Positions 38,001 to 50,000 of a stretch of DNA of 64,000 bases are shown one piece after another. The first letter of the stretch is position 1. Each line of letters starts with the position of its first letter. Both the position numbers and the translations under genes were made by a program. The notes beneath the pieces are model-generated. The model made no database searches. It saw nothing but the letters and a program-made list of their open reading frames with translations, and was not told the origin of the DNA. This stretch comes from Cyanophora paradoxa CCMP329 (Eukaryota > Plantae > Glaucophyta), in contig QPMI01000515.1 of the NCBI GenBank assembly GCA_004431415.1, forward strand, positions 62,001 through 126,000. The letters are read 5' to 3'.

Positions 38001-41000
38001 CTCCTTCGGGGCCTTGACTGCGAAATTGGAAATTTACCCCGCACGAGCTTCAAGCTCGGATCAGGGCCGCCAGGCCTCGCAACCGGCCCCTAGGCCTGTC
38101 CGACGGTCTTCCCGCAGCACTGCGTGCTGCATTCGGGAGCGCCGGTCGGCATCCTGAGGCCTTGATGCTCGAATTCGAGCCGCTACCCGACCAGGCCCGG
38201 AGCTAGAGGCCCGGCCTGCACTTCTGAGGCTCGTCGAGCCTCGGAGAGTGGCGCGTTTCACGCACAGCCGGCCCATGCGGCCCCCGAGCTCGAGGTTCAC
38301 CTGGCTACCTAGCATGGGCCCCATGGTCCTCGAGAGCTTGAGCTCGAGCCTAGCGCTAGCGCTAGCGCCGACGGCGATATCAACTGCGGATTCGAGCTCG
38401 AGAGGCGAGCTCCGGCCCGCGGCTCAAACCGTAATCACGCCGTCACGAGCCCCAGGCTCGAAAGGGACCCGAGTTGCTGAGGCTCTCTGCCTACAGCTGT
38501 CGCAAAAAGCGCAAGACGCCCCGCATGCGCAGTCGGGCCTGGCCCAAGATTGAGGGCGCCGCGCGGCGCACCTCTCACTGCGAGCCAGCACCTGGCCTGG
38601 CCATGGCCTGCTCGATGCAAGCTCTCAACTCCGGATCCCGAGGCTCTCCGATCCGGACTGGAAGCTGTCAGGCCGAGACCCGGATCTGCCGGGCCGGACC
38701 CCGAAGCTCACGCTTGCTTTTCGAGCGAGACGTCGACGCTCTGGGCCCCGGTTGACTAAGCCTCGGAGCAAGCCGCCACTGTGCCAGCTCAAACGCCCGG
38801 CGGCCCGCCCGGCCCGGCGCCTCGCGATCGAGCTCGAGCTCGCTTCCGAGCCCTGGATCCGGTTACGAGTCGATTTCGGCTCTCATGATCAGGACCTGCT
38901 GGCACTGCGAGTTCGGCTCCCGCCGTTAACGTTGCCGCTGCGTGCACGTGCCATGGGCCAGCGGGTACAGCTCGAGCTCAGCCGCGAGCTGAGGGCCGGA
39001 AGTCACGTGCACGAGCACGTGCACGTGCACTGTACCACGCGTACGGCTCAGAGCTGCCCAGCCTAGGCCCCGAGGCTCCACAGCCGCTGAGCCCTAGGCC
39101 TGCGAGCGACTGGCAGTGCCAAGGCCCGGTTTCAATTTATGAACTGAGTCTGGAGCTTCGCCAGGCACAAATTCGAAGCCGTTCCGGTCTCGGCCGCCGA
39201 CACCCGTCGGTCGCGGTCTCGGCCGCCGGGCCCCATCGAATTACGCTCAGCGACTCGCCCTCGCGGTTGCCCTCGCCTTCGCGGTCAAGGGTCGCGACCG
39301 CCGAGCTGCCGTTCGCATCGCCGAGCTGCCGTTCGAGCCGGCCGGGCCCCGGCCCCATGGTCAGAGGAGCGATTGCGAAGCTGCGCAGCACGCCCGGACC
39401 AAGGGCGCTTATCACAGCGCACGGATCGAGCCCATGGCTGATCTCGCGTGCTGCGACGTCGGGATCCTTCGAGTTCCCGCGCGCGCGTCCAATGCCGTGC
39501 CTCACGATCGATATCGGCCTGCGGCCCCCAGGCCTCGGCCCTGTATCTCGCGCCGCTACGAGCCTCCAGAGGCCTGAGAACAGCGTCTCTCGCGCCGCTG
39601 CGAGCAAGGAGCGCTGCAAAGCCGGGTCACAGCCCTACGCCGACCCGGGTGACCGATCGCAAAATCGCGGGCCTTGAAATCGAACTTTGAATTCCGAAGT
39701 TCCAACCCGGCCTCGGCCTCCGATCCGTGAACGTGGGATCGCCCTCGGCTCGAGATCGAAGCTGGTCACGTGTACGTACACGCTTACGACAGCGCCGTGC
39801 ACGCGGCACGGCGCCGGCCCGCTGTCGACGTCGACGTCGCGACCGCCTGCCTCGTGACCTCGAACTCGAGCCTCGGAGCCGTTGAGCCCGTTGAGTCTCG
39901 CCCTCTCTCAGAGGCGGAGGCACCCGGCCCGGCCCCAGGCATCATGGCATATTGGCTCTGCCCCCCCACCCGCACCGCGGCAGCTGGTGGGCGCAGATCG
40001 TGATCGCACGGCCATGCGAACGCCTGTAAACATTCAAGCCGATGCGTATACGGCCCCGTTAAATAACGGCCGCCCGGCCTCGCCCTCGGCCCGGGGCCCC
40101 GCAGTCCACGGCCGGCCGCGGCTTGCCGCTGGGCCCGGAGCCCTGGAAGTCCTCTGCAAATAGCTGCGGTCCCTGGCCTCGAATCCAGAGGACGAGCTCA
40201 GCCTACGATCGGCGCTTGCAATTGCCTGCGAACAGCTGGCGGCAGCGTCCCGGAGGCCCTGCCCTCAGCCTGGCAGGGCCCGCGGCCGAAGCTGACAGCG
40301 GCACCCGCGCCCCGCGCCGAAGCGTCCAATGCGCCTGGCGCCCCGATGCGCGGGCGCCTCGCGATCGCCGACATCGTGCCACGGTGGTCTCGTTGCCCAC
40401 CGTTGAACGGTTCAATTAAGCCAATTCCGAGCCCGACCAGTGAACGAGCCTCGGAGCTCGGGCACTGCGCTTCGAAGTCGTCTCGAGCCGCCTCTGGCCA
40501 AGGCGAGCTCGAGCTCACAATCAAAGTTACGCTAGCTCGCTCGGATTTAAACCCAGAGCCCGCCGCACGCGCTCCAGCCCGCCTGTGGCTGCCGTGCACG
40601 TGCCTGGCCATGCATATGGGGTCCAATGACCCGCGAGAATCCGATAATCGAGATCCGTCAATTTGCAATCGTTGCCCGATTCAGGGTGCCGGCCTGCGAA
40701 TTTGGATCGCAAGGAACGACTATCCGATGATCGCGAGCTTCGCGATCGGGTTTGGAGCAGCTGCGATCGCAGGCGGCCCTCGGCCCTTTTGAGGTCTGAG
40801 GTTGCCCGGGCTCGCAGCTCAGGCTCCCTTCTGCCAGATCTAGACCGCCCCCACCGCCGGGCTGGCACTGCGGAAGCCGTGCCCGTTCGATATCGCGAAA
40901 ATCCGATAATCGGGACCGGACTAAAGATTCGCGATCGAATATTCCGAGCCTCGGAGTGCCCGGCCAGCCCGAATCTGACGGACGGCCCGTCACATTCGAG

Positions 41001-44000
41001 CCCGCGCAATTGCGAGGCCTGAGATCGGAGTAGTCGCAATTTCAGGCCGCCCTCAGCCCTCGCCTGGCATGTCCCCTCGCGAGCCTCTCGCCCCAGGGCC
41101 TCCTCGTAAGCGCCTGTGGCGACCCGCATCGGAATTCCAGCCCCACCGGGCCGCACCGGCCTGCCCTGCGAAAACCGGCACGGCCACGAGCCCAGCGAAA
41201 TTCGCGGCGAGCCTAGGCCCCGCGAATATCCGCGTCGCGAATCCACGATCACGCTCGATCGCTGGACGTCGCAAAGCTGTGAATTAGGGCCTCGCCCCTA
41301 CGAGAACGCGGATTGTGGCCCCCGGCCCAAACGCGAATCGATATCGAAGCTCGCAACGGGCTCGACTCGTCCTCCCGAGTCCCAGGGAGACCGAGGCCAA
41401 TTGCGAGCGTCAAGCTAGCGACTGGAATCGAATGTCGGGCTCCCACGCGTGGGCCAGCGCTACAACGTACAGCGGGCCCCAGAGCCGCTTGTCGAGCCGT
41501 GCACGACTCTTTGCACGTGCAATCGCGTGGCCGCGGACGCGGACACCGATCGCGAGCGCCACAAATATTCAAGCCGCAGCCACCATGGCCAGCGGGAATA
41601 AAGGCTGCAACCGTTAAACAAAACTAAACGGCTAGCCCTACCTTGCATAAACCGCGTGCACGTGCACGTGTGTGTTGCAGGCGCGGGTCTCAGCCCCGGC
41701 CAGGCCCACAGCATATGCATCGATATCGCGACCGGATATCGGATGCAGCCGCTGAGCAGCCGCGCTGAGCGCCGCGAAAAATTCGAAGCCTGAGCACTTA
41801 TGCGGTAGCTTTCTCAAAAAGGCTGCGCACACGGCCCCGTGGCCCCGGACCGACTCGCGAAACGACGACGACTCGCGATCGCGAACGGACGATCGGCTGC
41901 GCTGAACAGCGCCCGGCTCTCTCTGCCAACGCCGGCACGCCGCTCGGCGAGCGCTGATGAGGCGCTGTAATGGAGCGCCGTGCTACAGAGCGCCGATCCA
42001 GCCATCGAATGTACGGTCGCGATTTGCAGCGGCATACATCCGTGCGAGCACTCCGAGAACGGCGCTGGCGATGCCAGCCCGCCAAGGGCAGCGCTAGCTC
42101 GAAAAGAGCATTGCCGCCGCCCTGAGCCGGAACCTGTGCACCACTTCGCCAAACCCAGCGATGCTGCAGCTGGTGCTGGCTGCAGGCATTTTTCGCACCG
42201 TAGCGCAGCCTTCAGGGCTCGCAGCCCGGCCCGCGAAATTTACACGCAACCGCACGGCGGCAGGCCCAGGCCTCGAGCTCGGCACGGCCGCTCGCCGCCA
42301 AGCCTGCGCACGCGGCCTTCAGCCCAACCCGCCTTGCGGCACGTTCATGCCTCGACCTTCCGCTAAAATGCGGTGGGAGAGAGAATGAGGCAGGGAAGAC
42401 TGCATGAGCTGCAGAAATCGTAATTCGCTACCGAGCAAAGCGAACCTGTCGACCGCACTGCGGCACCCAAATTCGAAAGCATCGCAATTCGAATTCGGAA
42501 TTCAATGATTCGGGACCGTGGGCGCGGCGCCGGATCCGATGATCCCCAGCCCGTTCTCGATCGGCGCGGCAGTGAGCCCTAGTGGCTGGCCCGTGCACAA
42601 GCCACGCGTACGGTATCCAATTTTCGGAAAGCCGTTCCCACCTAGCTGGTGGAATCTGCCGGCTTCACACTCCGGAACACCCGCCACGGCCAACGAGAGA
42701 CAGCGAGCAAAAGCCGCTGAGCTTCATCGTCTGCTCTCTCAAAAGCCGCCACGGCCCACTGCGAGACAGCGAGCGAGAGCTCTATCGTCAGTTCTCTCGA
42801 GAGCACCGGGGCCCGGCCCCCGGTCCGCTAAGGGAACGCTTGCGATCGTGCATGATATCGTCGGCACGATATTGACGCTCGTATGCACGAGCACGGCTCC
42901 TGCAACCGGCCGCTACCGGTCCCGCTCCTGCAGCTGGGAACCAATCGCGTCGGTTGCACGCCGCGGCGCCCACCTGCCGATCCCTGTGGTGCTGCTACAC
43001 TACGTACGGCGGCTGGCGCCCAGCCATCAATACCACGGCATGCGCAGCCGCGCCCTGCACACGCACTTGTGCCCGGCGGCCGCAGTGCACGCCCGTGGCC
43101 GGCTGCTGCGGTGGCGAGGCCGTCACGGCGCACGCCAGCGGACGTGAGGGCGCCCGCGTGCACAATCTTCGCGCCGGACGTTTCCCGGGCCCTCTAGATC
43201 TGTGCATGCGAATCACTTCGCGACGCCACGAAAAGTTTGCAGCACCAGAGTGCGGCAATTTAATTTCGCGCCCACGTGTGCGTGGCCATGCCAAGTGGCC
43301 CGGCCATTGCACGGCCCTTCGGCCAAGCATATGCATCATCCTCAGCCTCAGACCAGCCGCTGAGCCTGGTTCTGACGCTTACTAAAGCGGTCACGGCTCT
43401 CGCGACTCACCCGAGTCCGACGGTTGACCTCGATCTCGCGATTCCGCCCCGACGCCGCGCGCGGCTCGGAACCGAGATGTAGGCTACGCGTACGCGGCCC
43501 GCTCGAGAAGGCCAGACCGTCGGACCGCGCACGCACGGCCGATTTCGTACCTCTCGGCTCGCGAAATTTCGCGAGGGCCCAGCATGGCGAAAGTCGTCGA
43601 TTTTCTCTGGCGACCCGCCGGCCGGGCTCTCGTCCCGAGCAGCGGCGCGGATTTTCTCAAATTCTGCCCCGCAACCCGGACCATCGGACGTTTGCACGTA
43701 CCAAGTCACGCGGGCCCGGCTGCATGCAGCTGGCGCTCCTGCGAGCGAACGAGTTCGACATAGCTGTCAAATTCGTTTCGCGCTGGGCGGTGGCGACCCG
43801 GGATCTTATTCCCGGCAGTGGCGCACCCACCGTCACCAGCTTCATTCACTGAGGCCGCTCCCATAAATCTGGGTGCTGGCATGGCGCCCCGGCGCCTGGC
43901 CTAAAAACCGCGAAAAGCGGCAACACGGGCCAACAGACACGAGCATACACAGCCGAGCGCTATATATGCAAAATCGTGTTTCGGAAGCTCGGCCCAGGCC

Positions 44001-47000
44001 TTGAGCTGATCGACGACCGCTCGAGACTCGAAGCTCCGAGGCTCGATGCCCTCGTGCTCGACACGACTGGCGTCCGATCGAATCGCGAAATTCGAACGGC
44101 GAGCACTGCAGTGCGATTGACTCGCGACCGGCACAATCGTGGCCGGCCGACGCAATTGCTCAGTTGCCCACAACTCAATTCAAATCGAAGCCAGCATCCA
44201 TTCAACCTCGCTCTGGCCCCGCGGCTCACGCTTGCCCCTCGAGCTCGATTGAGCCCGAATCGAGAGCAAAGCGGCCCGGGACGCCATGGAATACAACGAA
44301 AGAAAGACGGATACGGTCGTGTACGATCAAGCCTCTCCGTTCTTTCCACCCACACTCGCGAATTTCTTCACCACGGCCATGCTGTCCCGATCCAATCACG
44401 GATCCCCGGGCCCAGCGGCCTCAGCGTGCCCAAATTTTCGCGGAAGACGCGTACGGTGGAGCACCGGGGACGGTGCTTAACCGAAGAGGAGTGGCATCGG
44501 AGGCAGTTTGCCGTGCTACGGCTTCCGCTCTTCAGCGGAAGAGGAGTACGCGCACAAGCGCTCGAGCCGAAGGCTGCCTCTTGGCCCGACGCCTGAGCCC
44601 CTCCTCGATCGGCGTATGCCTGCCACGCCCCGACTTCCCCTCTTCAGCGGAAGAGGAGTCGGGATCATGATCAGACTCGAGCATGCAGTCGACGTCGCGC
44701 CTAGACCTGCTGTGGAGCAGTACGCCCCAGCGCGCGCTGCCGTCTGCAGGCTGATCGAGCACAAGCGAGCGAACCTAGCCAACCGCCTTGAGGTCTCCTC
44801 ACGCGGCGGCTCGCCGGGATCCAGGTCTCGCCGTTGGCGAACCACATTCCGCCTCGGAAACCCATCGGTGGCGATGCTACTGGGGCTGATGGCCCTCAGG
44901 CCCTGTTGTTACGTGCACAGCCAGTGACCGTGTCCGGAACGGACCGGCAAGTGCTGTTTCGACAGAGCTTGAGAGCCCAGCTACGGCCAGTGCACTCGCT
45001 CGCACTACTCACCGATGCGGCCTCCTAAGGATCGGAATCGGATCTCAGCAGCCGACTGCACGCCGTGTCGCGGTCCGGCTACGCACAGAACACGAATTCG
45101 GATCCCCGATCAAGAGATCTGAGTCTCTGAAGGATTCGCCGTTCGTCAGCTTCGCCTGATCGCCTGGTATTGGGATGCGATCGAAACGAGCCCACGGCGA
45201 AGGCTGGCGAATCGGTCGCAAATCCGAGGGTCTCGGCACCGCGAACATGCAGTCTCGCGGATCGCTGCAGAACCCCTTCCCGTGATCATGACCCGCCAAG
45301 CTCGCCAACGAGCCTGGCTGCGGCCGGATCCCAGGAAGACCAGGCCGAGGGAACGACTGATGGGATTCGCGGCCAGCACGCGCGCCTTCGATTGACGGCC
45401 GCGTCTAGCTGGAGCGTCGACGTCGACACCTGGCTTCATCGCCAGCAGCTGAGCGCTGCGATGTCACGCACGTCGCGAACGCGAGGGCTCGGTCTCGGGT
45501 CCTCGCCCCATCTCTCGCCCCAGGCCACACACAGCGCCAGTACCAGCGTACACTGATGTACGTCCGCCAAGGGACCCGGACCTCCTCCAGGGAATCCCGC
45601 GCCGCGGCTCTACGTACACGCGTACACTGCAGCCCTCATGATCACGCCGTAGCGCGTGCTTGACGGCCTGGCGTATGCTTCACGAGCTCCAACCTTGCAT
45701 GCTCCCACCGACAGTCGCGAAGGGCTGCTCGCCCGCGATCAGCTGAGGCGTTGAGCTCGGCAACTCGCCCGTCGGCCTCGTGATCCAACCACGAGGGTGC
45801 AGCTGCTGAGCTGTGCACCCTGTGGTCCCAGCGATCAGAACCGGGAGCCGCGCGGATTGGACCCTGCACTGCAAGCTGCGCGACCTCGACAGGAGCGCCA
45901 ACGCAGTCACGGGATCGTCGAAGCATTTCTACTCTTCGATGATGTGCGGCTCAAGGGCTCGTACCTTTATCGCGTGCACCTGGTCGCGAGCTCGAGCTCG
46001 AGACGCACGTGCAAGTGCATACAAGGTCGCCGCTCACATCGACGTCGACTGCACGCTTCATAAATCCACATCAGCTGCGCCAACGCCGTCTGAGCTCGGA
46101 TTCAAATATTCCGCTCGACGCAGCTGCACGCTGCAGCTGGCTGTGGATCGGAAGCCTGCATGTGCAGTCGCAAATCCCGTCTTCTTGACGTGCGAAACGG
46201 ACCTCCTACGAGCCTCAGCAGACCCTACTCCCAACCAAACGTCCCGAACCAAATCTATACCTTGCCCCATACGTCGGCGCCGAGGGTTCCTGTGTGGGAC
46301 GCCGAGGGCGACGCTAGAGATGAGAAGAGACGGACGCAGGGCAGATTTCTTTGCCAGCTTTGCCTCAACCCTGACTTGCGAGGTGGGACGCGATTCGGTT
46401 GGGGACCGTTCGCGGGCGCCATCTGGGTCTTTCGTTCACTTTTCTGGGACATGGGCCCGGCGCTCGTGGAGAGTGTCCAGGTGTTGGCCTGCTGGGCGCG
46501 TGCGAGTCTCTTGGGGGGACTGGGCGCTTGCGAGTAGGGGCACCTGGACGTGCCCTGTCCTTTCGTTGGGCTTGATGGGTGGCCCGAATACCTCCTCGCT
46601 GGTTTCTTCCCGAGGCGGTGAAACTTCCCATCCGTGCCACTCTCCAGCGGCCCTCGCCGTTTGGAGTGAGTTTGGGCCAGCGTTTACACCTTTCGAGTTT
46701 TTATGCTTTTCCCTTTCGAGCTTTCCCGCATGCACGCATTTGCCTCACCTGCCATGCCTTGCATACGACCTGGACGGGATCGATCTACAGCTACCTGGCC
46801 TTCTACCTGGCCTGCAGCTGTCTGCGTTCCTGTCCCCGGGCCGTGGCTCAGGTTCCTCGTCTTGGGGCCTGTCGGTACCCTCGAGCGGTGCACCCATCGG
46901 CGGTGTTGGGGACGCCCTCTTGCGGTTATACCGACTGGAGTCACGGTTTGACTGGCTACGTCGCGCGGACGCGACGTCAGCGGAAGAGGAGTTGTCGCCT

Positions 47001-50000
47001 GGCTCGATTCCCTGGCCTTGCGGTGACTTAGTGACTAGAGCTAGTTGGTGCCTGACGTAGTCTGAGAGCCCTGGCATAGTCTCTCTTCCTGTAGGCTTAC
47101 CTCTCGGTAGCCTACGCTGGCCTGCCTCTACCTGTCTTAGGGGTACAGAGTCAGTAGTCTTCCGGGTACACAGTGAATACACCAGCCTGCATCTACAGCT
47201 TCTCCAGCACTGGGAGCCGGCCCCGCGCAGTACTGCGCGGGTGCCTAATCGGGTGGGAATACCTCCCATCCGACAGTCCCTGCCCGCTCTGTCGCGCCCC
47301 CGGGCTCCTCGTGGTGCGACTCTGTTCATTTCGATTCTTCTCATTTTTGCGCACCCACGCTTACGCACGTCGCCGTCAAGGTACGTGGAGTGCGCCCCTG
47401 GCTGGGTCCCCGACAACGCGCTGAGCTACTGCGAGCCCTGCGTCGCCGGTGCTTAAGCTTGCAGCCGCTCTGCTAACTCTCGCTCCTTTATTTCCAGCGC
47501 CTCTGACTTTCTTTCAGGGACGTACCAGGTGAACGACACTTGCGAGCTCTGCCCCGTCAACACCATCACGAGCGCCGCCGGCCTCGACGCCTGCTCCGAG
47601 TGCCCCCCCGGAACCGTCTCCGCTGCGGACAGCCAGAGCTGCATCCGTGCGCCCCGGCCCTCGCTCGACCTCTGCCGTAGTTTCGGTCTATGTCTTACGC
47701 TGCGCAGCGTGCCCGAGCGGCACGTTCCGCAACGGGAGCATGCTCGCCTGCGCCGTCGTTCCGACGGGCTCCATCGCTCTGCAGTCCTCGTGGTTCTTCA
47801 CCGTCTGCCCCCGCGGCACCGTCTCGAACTCGCCGGGCGACGAGTGCGTCCCGTGCGGCAAGGGCCGCTTCGAGGTGGACAGGGTCTGCCGCCCGTGCGC
47901 CGGCAACACGCACAACCCGAACGCGACGGCAACCGAGTGCATCGAGTGGTGCGATTCGTAATTTTAGAACCGCGTATAAAGCTGTCCCGCGAGCCCACTG
48001 CTCGCGACGGAAAAGCCCCGCTGATAGCGATTGCGTTTTCCGTGCGCGTGCAGCGCTCCGGGCACGGTCACGAGCGCCGACCGCCAGACGTGCCAGGCCT
48101 GCCTCCCCGGCCAGTATCGGTCCGAGGGAATGGTCGAGTGCGCGGCCTGCCCGTGGGGTGCGTGCGATTCCTATTGCTTGCTCAAGCTCGAGATTTCGTG
48201 CTTTTGTTTGCTCGGTCCGACTTCAGACGCGCGTGCAGGGACGTACAGCATCGGCGGGGCCCCCGCCTGCACTCAGTGCCCGCCCGGGACCGTCAGCAGC
48301 GAGGACCGCACTTCGTGCGACGCCTGCGAGCCCGGCTTCTACGAGCGGAACAGGTTCGCTCGAATTCCTAATATATATATAATGAAAAAATGCTTCATGC
48401 TCAATATCTAGATCTTGTTTGAAAATGCGTTTGCAGGACGTGCTTGGAATGCCCTACCAACTTTGTCACGCCGCAACCTGGGGCCACGTCCTGCCAGCCG
48501 TGCGAGCCAGGATACATTTCCTCTCTGGACCGGCAGAACTGCCTCGTGCGCCAAGGCTGCGCTTTGATCTCTTTAACAAAAACAAATCAAAATTAAATCG
48601 CCCTGCAGCCTTGCCTGCAAGGGACGTATCGCTCGGCAGAGAACTTCAGCTGCCAGGCGTGCCCCTTCCGCCACTACACGTCCTCGTCCGGCAATTTCAA
48701 CTGCACGCTGTGGTGAGTTCGTGTTAAGATCAATTATATAAGTATGAGCGTTGTAATGGAACTTTGACGAATCTGGATCGTAGCCCGCCTGGGACGGAGA
48801 GCACGGACGACCGCACCGAGTGCAGGTTCGTGTGGTTTTGCACTGCCATCTTTCGCATCTCTCGCGTAGTTGTACACCCTTCGCTGACGAAGGCCTATCC
48901 GCGCAGGCCCTGCTCGCGCGGGTTTTACGAGAGAGACGGACTTTGCTGGCAGTGCCCAGATGTGCGGCTTCTGGTTTATATTATTTATTTTTCATGATCA
49001 TCTCCTTCCGATGTCGATTGCAATACAGGGATCAATCGCGCCTGTCCCTGAGATGACGGCGTGTGATCGATGCGAGAACGGTCCGCAACCGGTACCGCGT
49101 CGACATTCGCACGTTCGCTTGCGCCCAAACCTTTCCCGCAGGAACGATTTCCAACGAGGATAACACCGTCTGCCGTACATGCCGTGGCGGAACGTACCAC
49201 GCTCCTGATCAGGCAAGCTATTCATGATGCCTCTGCAGCTGCCCTTCTGATCTTTGATCGGGTCATGTTTTATGTTCTTAGAACGTGTGCCTGCCATGTC
49301 GCATCGTGCGTTCCTCTGCGAGCGTTGCAGCTGCCGGGGCCGACTGGCATGGCGTTGCGCAGGGGCTCTGGGCTCCTCCCAAAACATACGGCGAGTGTCT
49401 GGAGTGCCCCCAGGGGTACTACGCCTCTCCGGACAGCACGTACTGCATTCCATGCGAACCGGGCCAGTTCATGCGCAACGGCAGCGCCGTCTGCGAGGCG
49501 GTGCGCGGCTCACTTCGGTTATCCAACGGTTCGCGTTCATCCGCTTAGTTTGAGGCCGTGCGGGGCCGGGCGCAGTGTCCTGCGAACACATTCACGGATG
49601 TGCCCGGACAGACCTCCTGCAAGGCCTGCCTGCCGGTACGGCCGCGCGCTGCTGCTTCGCTCTCTTTGGATGTGTCCGACGCATGGCTGCCCCGCCCGCT
49701 TAGGGCTTTGTATCGGCTCCGGACGGACGCTCGTGCATGCCCTGCCGGCCGGTGCGCACCGGTTTCATCAGTGGGACCGCTCGTCGCCAAACTCTAGATC
49801 TGAGCTGGGTCGCGCAGGGCTTGTTCCGGAGCGCCAACATGTCGGCCTGTGAAGCCTGTCCACCGGTGAGGCCTACGCATCTCACATCTCATTCAATGTC
49901 TTCCGCCGTCTTTCGCTTAATAACAGTCTCCTGTATATGCGTCCGGACGATATCCCATGATAATAATCGTCCCACTCGCGCAGGCAACCATCGCCCCATC

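Larger units (their letters stand above)
34627..47275 (+). mobile_element. Non-autonomous LTR retrotransposon (probably Ty3/gypsy-derived, LARD-like), 12,649 bp
   Basis: Two 283-bp direct LTRs with TGTCG...CGACA ends. 5-bp TSD GTCCC at 34622-34626 and 47276-47280. PBS-like GGCGCCACTGCT follows the 5' LTR and a polypurine tract precedes the 3' LTR. No intact gag/pol ORF. Confidence 0.95.

Noticed and set aside
45813-47060. 415-aa ORF as an env-like or extra retroelement gene
   Set aside because: No ATG start, no recognisable motif or TM pattern, and it runs into the LTR; likely chance in GC-rich DNA.
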